Assembly (NCBI GenBank): GCA_051859245.1
Contig: JBHYGA010000001.1
Span: 672,001 to 736,000 of the forward strand
Source: Gemmatimonadaceae bacterium
Lineage (GTDB): Bacteria; Gemmatimonadota; Gemmatimonadetes; Gemmatimonadales; Gemmatimonadaceae
Direction: 5' to 3'
DNA length: 64,000 bases
Under the pieces are notes generated by a model. The model searched no databases and was not told where the DNA came from. It saw only the letters and a program-made list of their open reading frames with translations. Position 1 is the stretch's first letter. The number at the start of each line of letters is the position of its first letter. This document shows, in pieces, positions 29,840 to 39,977 of the stretch. The translations under genes were made by a program, and so were the position numbers.

Positions 29840-31612
29840 TTACGCCGGCAGTACCAACTCGCCGAACTGACGCGCGTAGAGCGACGAATACAGTCCGCCC
29901 AGCGTGATCAGCGCATCATGCGATCCCTGTTCGACAATTCGCCCCTGATCCATCACGATCACGCGATGCGCACGACGCACCGTGCTCAGTCGATGCGCAA
30001 TAATGATCGTGGTGCGGTGCTGCAGCAGCTTGGTGAGTGCGGCTTCCACCAACTGTTCGCTTTCTGAATCCAGGCTTGACGTGGCTTCGTCGAGAATGAC
30101 CACTGCCGGGTTCTTGAGAAACATGCGGGCAATCGCAATGCGCTGACGTTGCCCGCCAGATAATTTCACGCCGCGTTCGCCAACGAGTGTGGCCAGCCCG
30201 TCGGGCAAACGCTCGATGAACTCCCACGCATGTGCTGCGCGGGCCGCCGACTCAATGTCGTGCGTCGATGCATCGGCGCGCGCGTAGGCGATGTTCTCAC
30301 CAACTGTGCCGCTGAACAACGTGGGTTCCTGCGGCACAATGCCAATCGCGCCGCGCAGATCCGCGAGGGCCAGCGTGCGCACATCTTGTCCGTCGAGCGA
30401 AATGCTCCCCGACGTGACATCCCAGAAGCGTGGTACCAGAGACGCCAGCGTAGTTTTTCCGGCGCCGGAACGTCCAACGAGGGCAATGACTTCGCCCGGT
30501 GCGACCTCGAGCGTCACATCGGTGAGCACGGCCGGAGAATCCGCGCCGTAGCGAAAGTTAACATCCTGCAGCAACACGGCGCCGCGAACCGGGCGCGCGA
30601 GCGCGGCTGGTGTGGCTGGGTCAGCAACCGTGGCGCGTGAGTCGAGCAACTCAAAGACACGCTGCGCTGCACCCACGGCTTCCTGAAAGTTGCCAAAGAG
30701 TGAGGCCAGCGCGCCAACGGCGGCGGCAACGGTGAGCGCATAAAACAGAAACGATACCAGCGCGCCAGCCGTGAGTCGGCCGGCCAATACCTGCGCGCCA
30801 CCCTGCCACAGCACCGCGACTACAGACGCGAATGCAACAAATCCTACGACACCAAAGAAACCGGCGCGGAGTTTTGCACGGTATACAGCCGCAGACACCA
30901 CGCCGTCGAGCAATGAGCGAAAACGCTGCGTTTCAATGGGCTCGCGCGTAAAACTCTGCACGGTGCGAATGCTGGCAAACGCTTCGTCTGCGGTGCCCAT
31001 GGCCGTGGCAATACGATCCTGCACACCAGTGCTCGCTTTGCGAAGCGCGCGGCCAAAGAAAATCGCCGCCGCCACCACGATGGGCACCACCGCCAGCGTG
31101 GTGAGCGTGAGCCCAGGATTGGTAATCGTGAGCATGGCAATGCCGCCCACCAAAAACAGAATCTGTCGCGACAGCTCCGAAATCCACGTGCCGAGCAACG
31201 ATTGCAGCAGCGCGAGATCCGACGACAATCGACTGGTCAGCTCACCCGTGCGTCGCTCAGTAAAAAACGCCGGGCTCAGATTAATGAGATGCGCAAACGT
31301 ATCTTCGCGCAATTTGGCGACAATGCGTTCGGTTGTTGAGCTGAGCAGATACACCTGCACAAAGTTCATCAACCCTTGCACACCAAAAATCGCCAGCAGG
31401 GCGAGTGCAATACGATCGAGTGCGCTGCGGTCTTTCAGTTCGAATGCGGCGTCGAGCAGGTAGCCAATCACGAGCGGGAACACGAGCCCCGCGGCCGCAG
31501 CCACCACCAGACAAATAAACGCGATGATCAGTTTGCCGCGATATGGCGCCAGCCTCGGCAGCAATCGCGCGAGCGGGCGTGGCGAGACCAGCGAACGTTT
31601 CTCCGCCGTCAC
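29840..31612 (-). CDS. ABC exporter, fused permease/ATPase (MsbA-like)
   Basis: About 6 TM, GRSGAGKTT, LSGGQRQRIAIAR, ILDEATSSLD, IAHRLST. Confidence 0.93.
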   Translation of the reverse strand: MTAEKRSLVSPRPLARLLPRLAPYRGKLIIAFICLVVAAAAGLVFPLVIGYLLDAAFELKDRSALDRIALALLAIFGVQGLMNFVQVYLLSSTTERIVAKLREDTFAHLINLSPAFFTERRTGELTSRLSSDLALLQSLLGTWISELSRQILFLVGGIAMLTITNPGLTLTTLAVVPIVVAAAIFFGRALRKASTGVQDRIATAMGTADEAFASIRTVQSFTREPIETQRFRSLLDGVVSAAVYRAKLRAGFFGVVGFVAFASVVAVLWQGGAQVLAGRLTAGALVSFLFYALTVAAAVGALASLFGNFQEAVGAAQRVFELLDSRATVADPATPAALARPVRGAVLLQDVNFRYGADSPAVLTDVTLEVAPGEVIALVGRSGAGKTTLASLVPRFWDVTSGSISLDGQDVRTLALADLRGAIGIVPQEPTLFSGTVGENIAYARADASTHDIESAARAAHAWEFIERLPDGLATLVGERGVKLSGGQRQRIAIARMFLKNPAVVILDEATSSLDSESEQLVEAALTKLLQHRTTIIIAHRLSTVRRAHRVIVMDQGRIVEQGSHDALITLGGLYSSLYARQFGELVLPA

Positions 31613-32517
31613 CGCGCCAGCGCCCGATCAACCGCCATCGCCACAAACAACAATGCCAGATACAACAACGAATATTTGTACACCCACCACGCCGGTCCAC
31701 TCCACGGAGTGCCCGCACGCGCGGCGCGTAACATTTGCAGAATTCCGCCGAGCAGCAACGCGCCGAGTATGACTGCGCTGGCGAGATACACGAGACCAAA
31801 CGCACCAACCCACCACGGTAGCGCGGTGAGCACGAGCAGAATGATCGTGTACCAGAGCATCTGGTACATTGTCTCGCGTTCACCCCAGACGAGTGGCGCC
31901 ATGGGCACACCGGCTTTGCCGTAGTCCACCTGTTTCATAAGCGCGAGCGCCCAGAAATGTGGCGGCGTCCAGTAGAACACAATCAGGAACAGGGTGAGCG
32001 CCACAATGTCGAGCGAGCCCGTGACGGCGGCCCAACCCACAAGTGGTGGGAACGCACCGGCGGCGCCACCAATCACAATGTTCTGCGGCGACGAACGCTT
32101 GAGCCACCGAGTGTAGATGAACACATAGAAGTAAAAGCCCGACAACGCGAGTGCGGCCGTCAACACGTTCACAAAAAACGCGAGCATCCACGTGGCTGCC
32201 GCGGCGCACGCCACACCAAACGCGAGCACCTGTTGCGGCGACATGCGTCCACTGGGAATCGGACGCAAACGTGTGCGCGCCATGATGTCGTCGATATCAC
32301 GATCGAGATACATGTTGACCGCGTTCGCGCCACCGGCCATCAGGTATCCGCCGAGCATCACCAGCAGCACCGTCCAGATGGATGGCGAACCTGCGGCGTA
32401 CATGGGCGCGGCCGTTGTCACGAGCAGCAGCGAGATGATGCGCGGCTTGGTGAGCGCGATCAGGTCACGGCCAAGTCCTGGTGCTGGCGCGGCGCCCGGA
32501 ATCGGAGACGCGCTCAC
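31609..32517 (-). CDS. cyoE: Protoheme IX farnesyltransferase (heme o synthase)
   Basis: LTKPRIISL, N.YLDRDID.IMARTRLRPIPSG, NIVIGGAAGAFPPLVGW, WTPPHFWALA. Confidence 0.95.
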   Translation of the reverse strand: MSASPIPGAAPAPGLGRDLIALTKPRIISLLLVTTAAPMYAAGSPSIWTVLLVMLGGYLMAGGANAVNMYLDRDIDDIMARTRLRPIPSGRMSPQQVLAFGVACAAAATWMLAFFVNVLTAALALSGFYFYVFIYTRWLKRSSPQNIVIGGAAGAFPPLVGWAAVTGSLDIVALTLFLIVFYWTPPHFWALALMKQVDYGKAGVPMAPLVWGERETMYQMLWYTIILLVLTALPWWVGAFGLVYLASAVILGALLLGGILQMLRAARAGTPWSGPAWWVYKYSLLYLALLFVAMAVDRALAR

Positions 32518-32810
32518 GAGATCACCGCGCCAATCGATACCCGGGTCGGTGTGATGTCCACCGGGTGTCGCAGCTGCCACGCCCAGACAAACACCGCGAC
32601 CAGGGCCACGACCGGGAGCACGACCCACGCCATCTCGAGCGGACGCGACGCCGGCCGCAGACGGCCCGCCGCGCGACCGTCGGCCGCGGGGCCCGCAATC
32701 GGGGGCGGCGCGGGGAAAAAGACCGCCTTCAGGATGAACAGCTGCGCCACGGCACACGCCGCAACAGCAACCCAGAACAGCGTGTCATAGACTGCAACAG
32801 ACATAAGCAT
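32514..32810 (-). CDS. Small 2-TM protein resembling the membrane part of cytochrome c oxidase subunit II
   Basis: Two hydrophobic helices, LEMAWVVLP similar to the COX2 LE..WT..P motif; overlaps the cyoE start. Confidence 0.55.
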   Translation of the reverse strand: MLMSVAVYDTLFWVAVAACAVAQLFILKAVFFPAPPPIAGPAADGRAAGRLRPASRPLEMAWVVLPVVALVAVFVWAWQLRHPVDITPTRVSIGAVIS

Positions 32811-32907
32811 CAGGGCGCTTGAGCGCCGCCTCGGAAACTGGTAGTAGAGCCGAGAGAAACTTCACCCCCGTGCGTTAGAGCGGCAAGCGCACTAGCTTCG
32901 CCTTCGT

Positions 32908-34281
32908 ATGCCCACCCAACCACACGCCGCGCCCTCCCCGCGCGCCCAGGAGCTGCCTCGCCAGCTCGGACTCTTCTCCGCCATCGCCGTTCTCGTGGGT
33001 TCCACGATTGGCTCTGGCATCTTTCGGTCCCCAGCCGGCATTGCCGATAAGCTGCCGGGGCCCGCGCCCATGCTCATTGTGTGGTCGGTGGGCGGCCTGT
33101 TTGCCCTCTGCGGAGCGCTCACGCTGGCCGAACTGGCGGGCGCACTGCCCAAAACGGGCGGCATGTACGCCTACATCCGGGAGGGGTGGGGCAGGCTGCC
33201 CGCGTTCCTCTTCGGGTGGACCGAGTTGCTGCTCGTGCGCGCGGCGGCGCTGGGCGCGATTTCCATCACGTTCGCGGAATATTCCATGCGCGGCGTTGGG
33301 TTTGACCCGGCGCTTGAGCCGTACGCCACGTATGCGCGCTTCCTGGCGGCCGGTGCGCTGGCGCTGATGGCCACTATCAACATTGTGGGCCTCCGCTGGG
33401 GTTCGATGGTCCAAAACGTAACCACCATTGCCAAGTACGGTGGTTTGGTGATCATCGTGCTGCTCGCGTTCGCCATCGGCCTCCCGAAAACCGGTGGCAA
33501 TTTCACGCCGGCCGTGCCGCCTGGCAGCTTTTCCGTGAGCGCCTTTGGCCTGGCGCTCGTGTCGGTGTTGTGGGCCTTTGACGGCTGGGCAGACTTGTCG
33601 AAAGTCGGCGGTGAGGTCAAGGATCCGCGTCGTAACCTGCCGCGTGGCATTGTGTTAGGCACGCTGGCCGTGATCGCGATCTATCTTCTGGCCAACGTGG
33701 CGTATCTCTCGGTGCTCACCATCGACGAAATCCGCGTGGCGCGCCTTGTCGCGGCGGACGTGGCCGAACGGCTCGTGGGTCCGATTGGCGTGACGCTCGT
33801 GTCGCTCACGGTCATGATCAGCACCTTCGGCTCGATCAATGGCTCCATGCTCACCGGTCCACGCGTGTTTTTCGCGCTGGCCGACGACAAGCTGTTCTTC
33901 ACGAAGGTCGCGTCGGTACACCCGAAGTTTCAGACGCCGTACGTGGCCGTGGGACTCGCGGCGGCGCTTGGCATTGGCTTCGTTTTGCTTCGGTCGTTCG
34001 AGCAGCTGGCGGACATTTTTGTCACGGCTTCGCTCGTGTTCTATATCCTTGGCGTATCGGCCATTTTCCCGCTGCGTCGCCGCAAGGATTGGGATCCCTC
34101 GGTGCGCGTGCCGCTCTATCCGATCGTGCCGTTGATGTTCATTGCGGCCACGCTGTTCCTGCTCGTGAACTCGATCATGGATCCCGGGGCGCGACTCGGT
34201 ACACTGGCGGTGCTGGGCGTGATCGCGGCGGGCATTCCCGTTTACTACATGACCGTGGGCCGGAAGTCCAACGCGGCCTGA
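32908..34281 (+). CDS. APC-family amino acid permease
   Basis: GSTIGSGIF, AELAGALPKTGGMY, WAFDGW, EVKDPRRNLP. Confidence 0.93.
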   Translation: MPTQPHAAPSPRAQELPRQLGLFSAIAVLVGSTIGSGIFRSPAGIADKLPGPAPMLIVWSVGGLFALCGALTLAELAGALPKTGGMYAYIREGWGRLPAFLFGWTELLLVRAAALGAISITFAEYSMRGVGFDPALEPYATYARFLAAGALALMATINIVGLRWGSMVQNVTTIAKYGGLVIIVLLAFAIGLPKTGGNFTPAVPPGSFSVSAFGLALVSVLWAFDGWADLSKVGGEVKDPRRNLPRGIVLGTLAVIAIYLLANVAYLSVLTIDEIRVARLVAADVAERLVGPIGVTLVSLTVMISTFGSINGSMLTGPRVFFALADDKLFFTKVASVHPKFQTPYVAVGLAAALGIGFVLLRSFEQLADIFVTASLVFYILGVSAIFPLRRRKDWDPSVRVPLYPIVPLMFIAATLFLLVNSIMDPGARLGTLAVLGVIAAGIPVYYMTVGRKSNAA

Positions 34282-34461
34282 CGGGTCGCGATGACGATGC
34301 CACCAGCCGGCGGGTCACCATCCGTGACGCGCCGGTTACACCAGTTGCTTGCCGAGGTTCCAGGGCGCTCCTAGCTTTCGGTTCGTTACAATCGAACCAG
34401 CACAATGGGTACGTCTACCCATTGTTGGTGCAAGCGCGTTCCATCTTCCTCTTCAGGTCAC

Positions 34462-37400
34462 ATGCGCATACAGCGTTGGTTGAGTGTGGCAGTCGCGGCG
34501 ATTGCTTTTGTGATGAGCAATGTCAGCGAAGTCGCCGCACAGGGACTCACGACAGGTGCCGTTGGCGGACTCGTCACGGACAACCTCGATCGCCCGGCAG
34601 AGGGCGTCCAAGTGCAGATTCGAAATCAGGCCACCGGCTTCAGCGCAGGTGGCCTGACGCGTTCCAACGGTCGGTATCTCGTACAGGGACTCGCCGTTGG
34701 TACGTACACGGTGACGATTCGCCGCATCGGCTTTGAGCCGGTCACCCGTGACAACATTCAGGTGACGCTCGGTCAGACGACCGTGGTGGATGTGGCGCTG
34801 AAAGAAGCCACGACGCAGATCGCGGGCGTCACGATCACCGGCGCGGGTACGGGTGCTGATTTCTCGCCGTCCAAGCAGGGGGCGGGCACTGTGTTGAATG
34901 ACACCATCATTCGCCGCATCCCCACGCTGAACCGCAACTTCACGGATCTCACACGCGCGACACCGCAGGTCTCGCAGCCGCAGGCTGGCGGTGGTCCGTC
35001 GGCGGGTGGTGTGTACAACCGATTCAACAACTACACCGTTGACGGTGTGAATCAGAACGATCGCTTCAGCCTCAGCGGATCAAGTGGCACGCCGGGTGGC
35101 GCCACCAACGGCCGCATCATGTCGATTGAAGCCGTCAAAGAGTTCCAGGTGTTGCTGAGCCCGACCGACGTGCGCTACGGCAACTTTGCCGGCATGCTCG
35201 TGAATGCGGTGACCAAGAGCGGTACAAATCAGTGGCAGGGTGGCGCGACGTATACGTTCCGCACGCCGCAGATGGCGTACGACACGCTGTTCATTCGCGG
35301 CTCGGATTTTGACGTGAAGCAGTTTGGCTTCTCGCTTGGTGGCCCGATCATCAAGGACAAGCTGCACTTCTTCGTTGCGCCGGAGTTCCAGCAGCGCACG
35401 GATCCGACGGCTGGTCCGTCTGTCGACGTCGCGGGCAACCGAATCGGTGACGTATCCCTCGATTCAATCTCGCGCATCGCGCAGATCATGTCGGCTCGCG
35501 GGCTCGACGTGGGAACCACAGCGTCGATCCGCCGTGAAAACCCGCTCTCAAATCTGTTCGGCCGATTGGACTGGCAGATCAATGGCGCCAACCGTCTGGC
35601 GTTCCGTCAGTTGTACAACACGGCGGAGCAGGATGAGTTCTCTCGCAACGTGAACAACTTCAATACAAACGTTGGCCAGCAGAACTCCGGCATTCGCCTC
35701 ACTTCGAACGCGTTCTCGCGCAAGAATACGAATATCTCGTCCGTGGCCACTCTCTACACCACGGGCCAGAGTGGCTGGAGCAATGAGCTCTCGATTGGCT
35801 ACAACACCATCAAGGACGAGCGCATTGTCCCGGTGAACACGCCGGAAATCGCGGTGGCGGTCACGCCCATCGGCGGCACGGCACCAAACCGGCCCGTGAC
35901 GTTCGGAACCGAGCGCTTCTCGCCTGGCAATCTGCTTGAGCAGCGCATCCTCGAAGTGAGCAACAACTTCACCAAGTCGTTTGGTGATCACACGCTCACG
36001 TTTGGTGGCCGCTACGAGAACACGTACATCTACAACTATTTCCTCTCGGGCGCGGCCAACGGCGCGTACATCTTCCCGAGCATCGCACGGTTACAGGCGG
36101 GCACGCCCAGCGGCTACGCGTTCTCCTACGCGAACGGTGGCGATATTGAGGCCGAGTTCAGCGGTCAGCAGCTGACGGCCTACGCGCAGGACTTGTGGAA
36201 CGTCTCGCGCAACTTTGCCGTCACGTACGGCGTGCGCGTGGATCTGCCGAGCTATCTCGATTCGCCGGTGCTCAACCAGGATATCCTCACGCGTTCTACC
36301 GCCGCTGGCAAGGAAGTGCGCACGGACTGGACGCCTGAGAGCGCACCGCTCTTCTCGCCGCGCATTGGATTTAACTGGAATGTGAACGGCGATTTCACCA
36401 CGCAGGTGCGCGGCAACATTGGCATCTTCACGGCGCCAGTACCGTACATCATGTCAGGTAACGCGTACTCCAACACGGGTTTGGGCGGCGTCACGGTGTC
36501 ATGCACCGAAGCGGCCGGCAACGTGCCTGTGTTTACCACGGATCTGTCGCAGCTGCCGACGTCGTGCGCCGGTACCGCGCCGCCAGTGCCGGGTGCTGCG
36601 GGTACGGTTGGTATCAACACCAACGATCCGAACTTCAAGAATCCGCAGAACCTCACGGCGTCGTTTGGCTTTGACCGCAAGCTGCCGGCTGGTTTTGTCT
36701 TTACGTTCGAAGGTCTGTATCGCAAGGCGATCAACGGCATGTACCTCGAAGACCTGAACTTCCGTGGTCCGCGCGAGGTGGGTGGCCAGCCGTACACGAC
36801 CAACACCGGCCGCGTGATCTACGCGGATACGATCACGACCAACGCGACGGGAGCCGTGACGGTCAATAACAACAGCCGTCGTCTGATCACCGCCACGGGT
36901 ACGAACAACCTGAACTTCGCCGAAGGTATCGTGCACCTCACGAACCAGTCGGCGGATTACAACTACACGTTGACCGGGCAGTTGCGTCGTCGCTTTGACC
37001 GTTCGCTGGAAATCGCGGGCGCCTACACGTTCATGCAGTCCAAGGACGTGCAGTCGCTCACGTCGGACCGTGCGATCTCGAACCTGCGCAACGGCAACCA
37101 GACGGGCGGCATCATTAACGACAAGACCAACGTTGGTACGTCGTACTTCGAGCGTCCGCATCGTGTGCTTGTGTTCGGCACGTACACGGCGCCGTGGACC
37201 AATGCACAAACTGACATCACCTTCTCGTGGGAAGGCATGTCCGGCACGCCATTTACTTACACCATCAATTCGGATGTAAACGGCGACGGCATTATCTCGA
37301 ACGATCCGATTTACATTCCGCGCAACGGAGCCGATCCGAGCGAGATTCGAATTGGCACCGGACTTGGCACGGCCTTCGCGCCAAACGCGGCAGCTGCCGC

Positions 37401-37809
37401 CGACTTCGAGTCGTTCATTGCCAAGCAGGATTGTCTCTCGTCGCAGCGCGGCCAGATCATGGAGCGCAACTCCTGCACGTCGCCATGGCAGAACCGCATT
37501 GACGTGTCCATTCGTCAGTCGCTGCCGCGTGTGCGCGGTCAGTCGGCCACGTTGCAGCTCGACATCTTCAACGCGGCCAACTTTGTGAATCGGGCGTGGG
37601 GCCGCATCCTGCTCCCCGTCGCGTCGCCCGACTTCCCGCAGCAGAATATTCTGACCGTTCGCAATCGCCAGGCGGCGCCGCTGTCGAGCGAAACGGCCAA
37701 CGGCTACGAGTTCGACAACCGCCTCCGCACGGGTCCGCTGTTCACCCCGTCGCCGAATCGCACGTCCGACTTGTACCAGCTCCAGCTCACGCTGCGTCTG
37801 GCGTTCTGA
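34462..37809 (+). CDS. TonB-dependent receptor (Oar-like, N-terminal carboxypeptidase-regulatory-like domain)
   Basis: Signal peptide, RNFTDL, N.TVDG, AVKEFQV, NAVTKSGTN, FSPRIGFNW, terminal QLTLRLAF. Confidence 0.92.
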   Translation: MRIQRWLSVAVAAIAFVMSNVSEVAAQGLTTGAVGGLVTDNLDRPAEGVQVQIRNQATGFSAGGLTRSNGRYLVQGLAVGTYTVTIRRIGFEPVTRDNIQVTLGQTTVVDVALKEATTQIAGVTITGAGTGADFSPSKQGAGTVLNDTIIRRIPTLNRNFTDLTRATPQVSQPQAGGGPSAGGVYNRFNNYTVDGVNQNDRFSLSGSSGTPGGATNGRIMSIEAVKEFQVLLSPTDVRYGNFAGMLVNAVTKSGTNQWQGGATYTFRTPQMAYDTLFIRGSDFDVKQFGFSLGGPIIKDKLHFFVAPEFQQRTDPTAGPSVDVAGNRIGDVSLDSISRIAQIMSARGLDVGTTASIRRENPLSNLFGRLDWQINGANRLAFRQLYNTAEQDEFSRNVNNFNTNVGQQNSGIRLTSNAFSRKNTNISSVATLYTTGQSGWSNELSIGYNTIKDERIVPVNTPEIAVAVTPIGGTAPNRPVTFGTERFSPGNLLEQRILEVSNNFTKSFGDHTLTFGGRYENTYIYNYFLSGAANGAYIFPSIARLQAGTPSGYAFSYANGGDIEAEFSGQQLTAYAQDLWNVSRNFAVTYGVRVDLPSYLDSPVLNQDILTRSTAAGKEVRTDWTPESAPLFSPRIGFNWNVNGDFTTQVRGNIGIFTAPVPYIMSGNAYSNTGLGGVTVSCTEAAGNVPVFTTDLSQLPTSCAGTAPPVPGAAGTVGINTNDPNFKNPQNLTASFGFDRKLPAGFVFTFEGLYRKAINGMYLEDLNFRGPREVGGQPYTTNTGRVIYADTITTNATGAVTVNNNSRRLITATGTNNLNFAEGIVHLTNQSADYNYTLTGQLRRRFDRSLEIAGAYTFMQSKDVQSLTSDRAISNLRNGNQTGGIINDKTNVGTSYFERPHRVLVFGTYTAPWTNAQTDITFSWEGMSGTPFTYTINSDVNGDGIISNDPIYIPRNGADPSEIRIGTGLGTAFAPNAAAAADFESFIAKQDCLSSQRGQIMERNSCTSPWQNRIDVSIRQSLPRVRGQSATLQLDIFNAANFVNRAWGRILLPVASPDFPQQNILTVRNRQAAPLSSETANGYEFDNRLRTGPLFTPSPNRTSDLYQLQLTLRLAF

Positions 37810-37870
37810 TCGCGATGGCGCGCCACCCCGGGTGAATCCGGGCTCGCCGCCACGCAGGGACGGATTGCTC

Positions 37871-37900
37871 GAGGGGGCTCTCATGGCGAGAGCCCCCTCG
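37871..37900 (+). terminator. Stem-loop downstream of the TBDR (no U-tract)
   Basis: GAGGGGGCTCTC-atggc-GAGAGCCCCCTC. Confidence 0.5.
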
Positions 37901-38069
37901 ACGTTTCGACGCCTGTTGGCTTGCGTCGTTTCGGTCGGCACAGTTCGTTTGTAACGGACGTTACGCCCTCGTGACGTGACATTCGAACTGCACGCGGTGT
38001 TCGGTGGTTTTGTTTGACATTGCGCCGTGTCGCTCCGGCACGCGCGAACCTTCGCTCGACCCTTCCATC

Positions 38070-39977
38070 ATGCCTTCTTCTTATGCAGTAGGTGCCCGCG
38101 GCCTCGCGCTCAAGCGACGACTGGCCTCGAGGTCTTCCGCCGTCGCCGCCGCCGCTGTGGCTCTGTTCGCGCTTGGCGCGTGTGACGAAGCGGTCGCGCC
38201 CGCCGGACAATCCGCGGCCGTCGACGTGCGCGTCTATCTTGATCGCGACGCGTCGGGCTCGTTTTCCGCGCCGGACAGCGGCTTGGCCGGCGTCGCCCTC
38301 ACGCTCGTGCCCACCAGCGGCCCTGAGATCGCGCTCAGCGCGACATCGGATGCCCAGGGCATTGCAACCTTCACCGAGGTGCAGCCGGGAGCCTACACGC
38401 TCACGCTGCCATCCACGGCCCCGGCGGGGACCGTGCTCGCCACGGCCAGTGCGCCGCGCGTGGTGGTGAGCGCCATCGGTCAGGTGCAAGCGCCGGAAGT
38501 CCGATACGCGTGGATGCCCGGTAGCATTTCGGGCCGCATCTTCCGCGACGATGACGCGAGCGGCGCCTTCTCCACGGGCGACACACCTGGCGCGGGTCTG
38601 TTCGTCGTGCTCTCGCGCGGCACCACACGCGTTGACTCGTTGCTCGCCGACGAGCAGGGAGCCTTCCGCTTCCCGTTCCTGACGCCCGGCAGCTATACGG
38701 TGCGTCTCGAAAATCCCGGCACGATCACGTATGCCGGCGGAGCCACGCGCACCATCGCGGTGAACGCGTCGTCGATGAATACGGTCTCGGCGATCTTCAC
38801 CGGCGCGCTGGTCATTCCGATCGCCGAAGCGCGCGCGCGGCCCGTTGGCGCGACCGTCGCGGTCATTGGCAATCTCGTGGTGCGGCCGGGCCGATTCACA
38901 TCGGGGGCGAACTCCGAGCTGTGGATTCAGGACAACACGGGTGGCATCGCGGCCTTCTCGGTGCCAACGGCCGACAGTGCGCAGTATCAGCTGGGTGACC
39001 GACTCGAAGTCTCCGGCGCGCGCAGCGCTTTCAGCCAGCAGTCGCAGATCAACATTGCCCGGATTTCGAACCTTGGTCCCGGTACGGTGCCGGCGCCCGT
39101 GTCGCAGTCGGCGGCGCAAGTCAACGCACTCACCCTGGATGGTCAGTTGGTGCGCGTGGCCAATCTCACGGTCACGTCAATCCCCACCGGCACCGGCGCG
39201 GCATTCACGGTGGTGTCGGAAGACGCGTCAGGAACGCGCGTTGAGCTTCGCATCGCGGGACTCGGCACCGGGCTTTCACGTGCGAGCTTCACCGTGGGTT
39301 CTCGCTACACCATCACCGGCGTGCTGACGCGCTTTAACGCGACAGCGCAAATCAAGATTCGCGATGTGAACGACGTGCAGGCTGGTATTCCGGTCACACC
39401 GATTGCGACCGTGCGCAGTGCTGGCGTCAATGGCACATCGTACACGATTGCTGGACGCATTACGGCCGCGCCGGGATCCTTCACGAGCGGCACGAACAAT
39501 GTGAACTCTGAAATCTGGGTGCAGGACGCAACAGGCGGCATCGCGGTATTCTCAGCGCCGACCGCAGATTCCACGACGCTCGCCCTTGGCACGCTTGTGG
39601 AAGTGGCCGGCGCGCGCAGCGCGTTCAGCGGGCAGTTGCAGCTCGGCTCGCCTGTCATCACGCGCGTTGGTGCCGGCTCGGCGATTACGCCGGTTGTGCA
39701 GACGGCCACGCAGGTTGCCGCGCGAACCCTCGAAGGTCAGCTCGTGACAATGCCCGGCTTCACGGTCACCACGATTGGTGGCGGCACAGGCGCCGCATTT
39801 ACGGTCACTGGCACCGCAGACGGCACGCCCATTCAGGTGCGAGTCGGCGGCGCGCTGCGAGGACTGTCCCGCACCTCGTTTACCGTCGGTAATACGTACT
39901 CGATTACCGGCATTCTCACGCAGTTCAACGGCACCGCGCAGATCAAGCCGCGCGTGGCAAGTGATGTGACCCCATGA
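38070..39977 (+). CDS. Lipoprotein with two SdrD-B-like domains and tandem OB-fold (nucleic-acid-binding-like) repeats
   Basis: Lipobox LGAC; VYLDRDASG and IFRDDDASG loops; two ~190-aa repeats with WIQDNTGGI/WVQDATGGI, GDRLEVSG and ITGVLT.FN..AQIK. Confidence 0.8.
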   Translation: MPSSYAVGARGLALKRRLASRSSAVAAAAVALFALGACDEAVAPAGQSAAVDVRVYLDRDASGSFSAPDSGLAGVALTLVPTSGPEIALSATSDAQGIATFTEVQPGAYTLTLPSTAPAGTVLATASAPRVVVSAIGQVQAPEVRYAWMPGSISGRIFRDDDASGAFSTGDTPGAGLFVVLSRGTTRVDSLLADEQGAFRFPFLTPGSYTVRLENPGTITYAGGATRTIAVNASSMNTVSAIFTGALVIPIAEARARPVGATVAVIGNLVVRPGRFTSGANSELWIQDNTGGIAAFSVPTADSAQYQLGDRLEVSGARSAFSQQSQINIARISNLGPGTVPAPVSQSAAQVNALTLDGQLVRVANLTVTSIPTGTGAAFTVVSEDASGTRVELRIAGLGTGLSRASFTVGSRYTITGVLTRFNATAQIKIRDVNDVQAGIPVTPIATVRSAGVNGTSYTIAGRITAAPGSFTSGTNNVNSEIWVQDATGGIAVFSAPTADSTTLALGTLVEVAGARSAFSGQLQLGSPVITRVGAGSAITPVVQTATQVAARTLEGQLVTMPGFTVTTIGGGTGAAFTVTGTADGTPIQVRVGGALRGLSRTSFTVGNTYSITGILTQFNGTAQIKPRVASDVTP

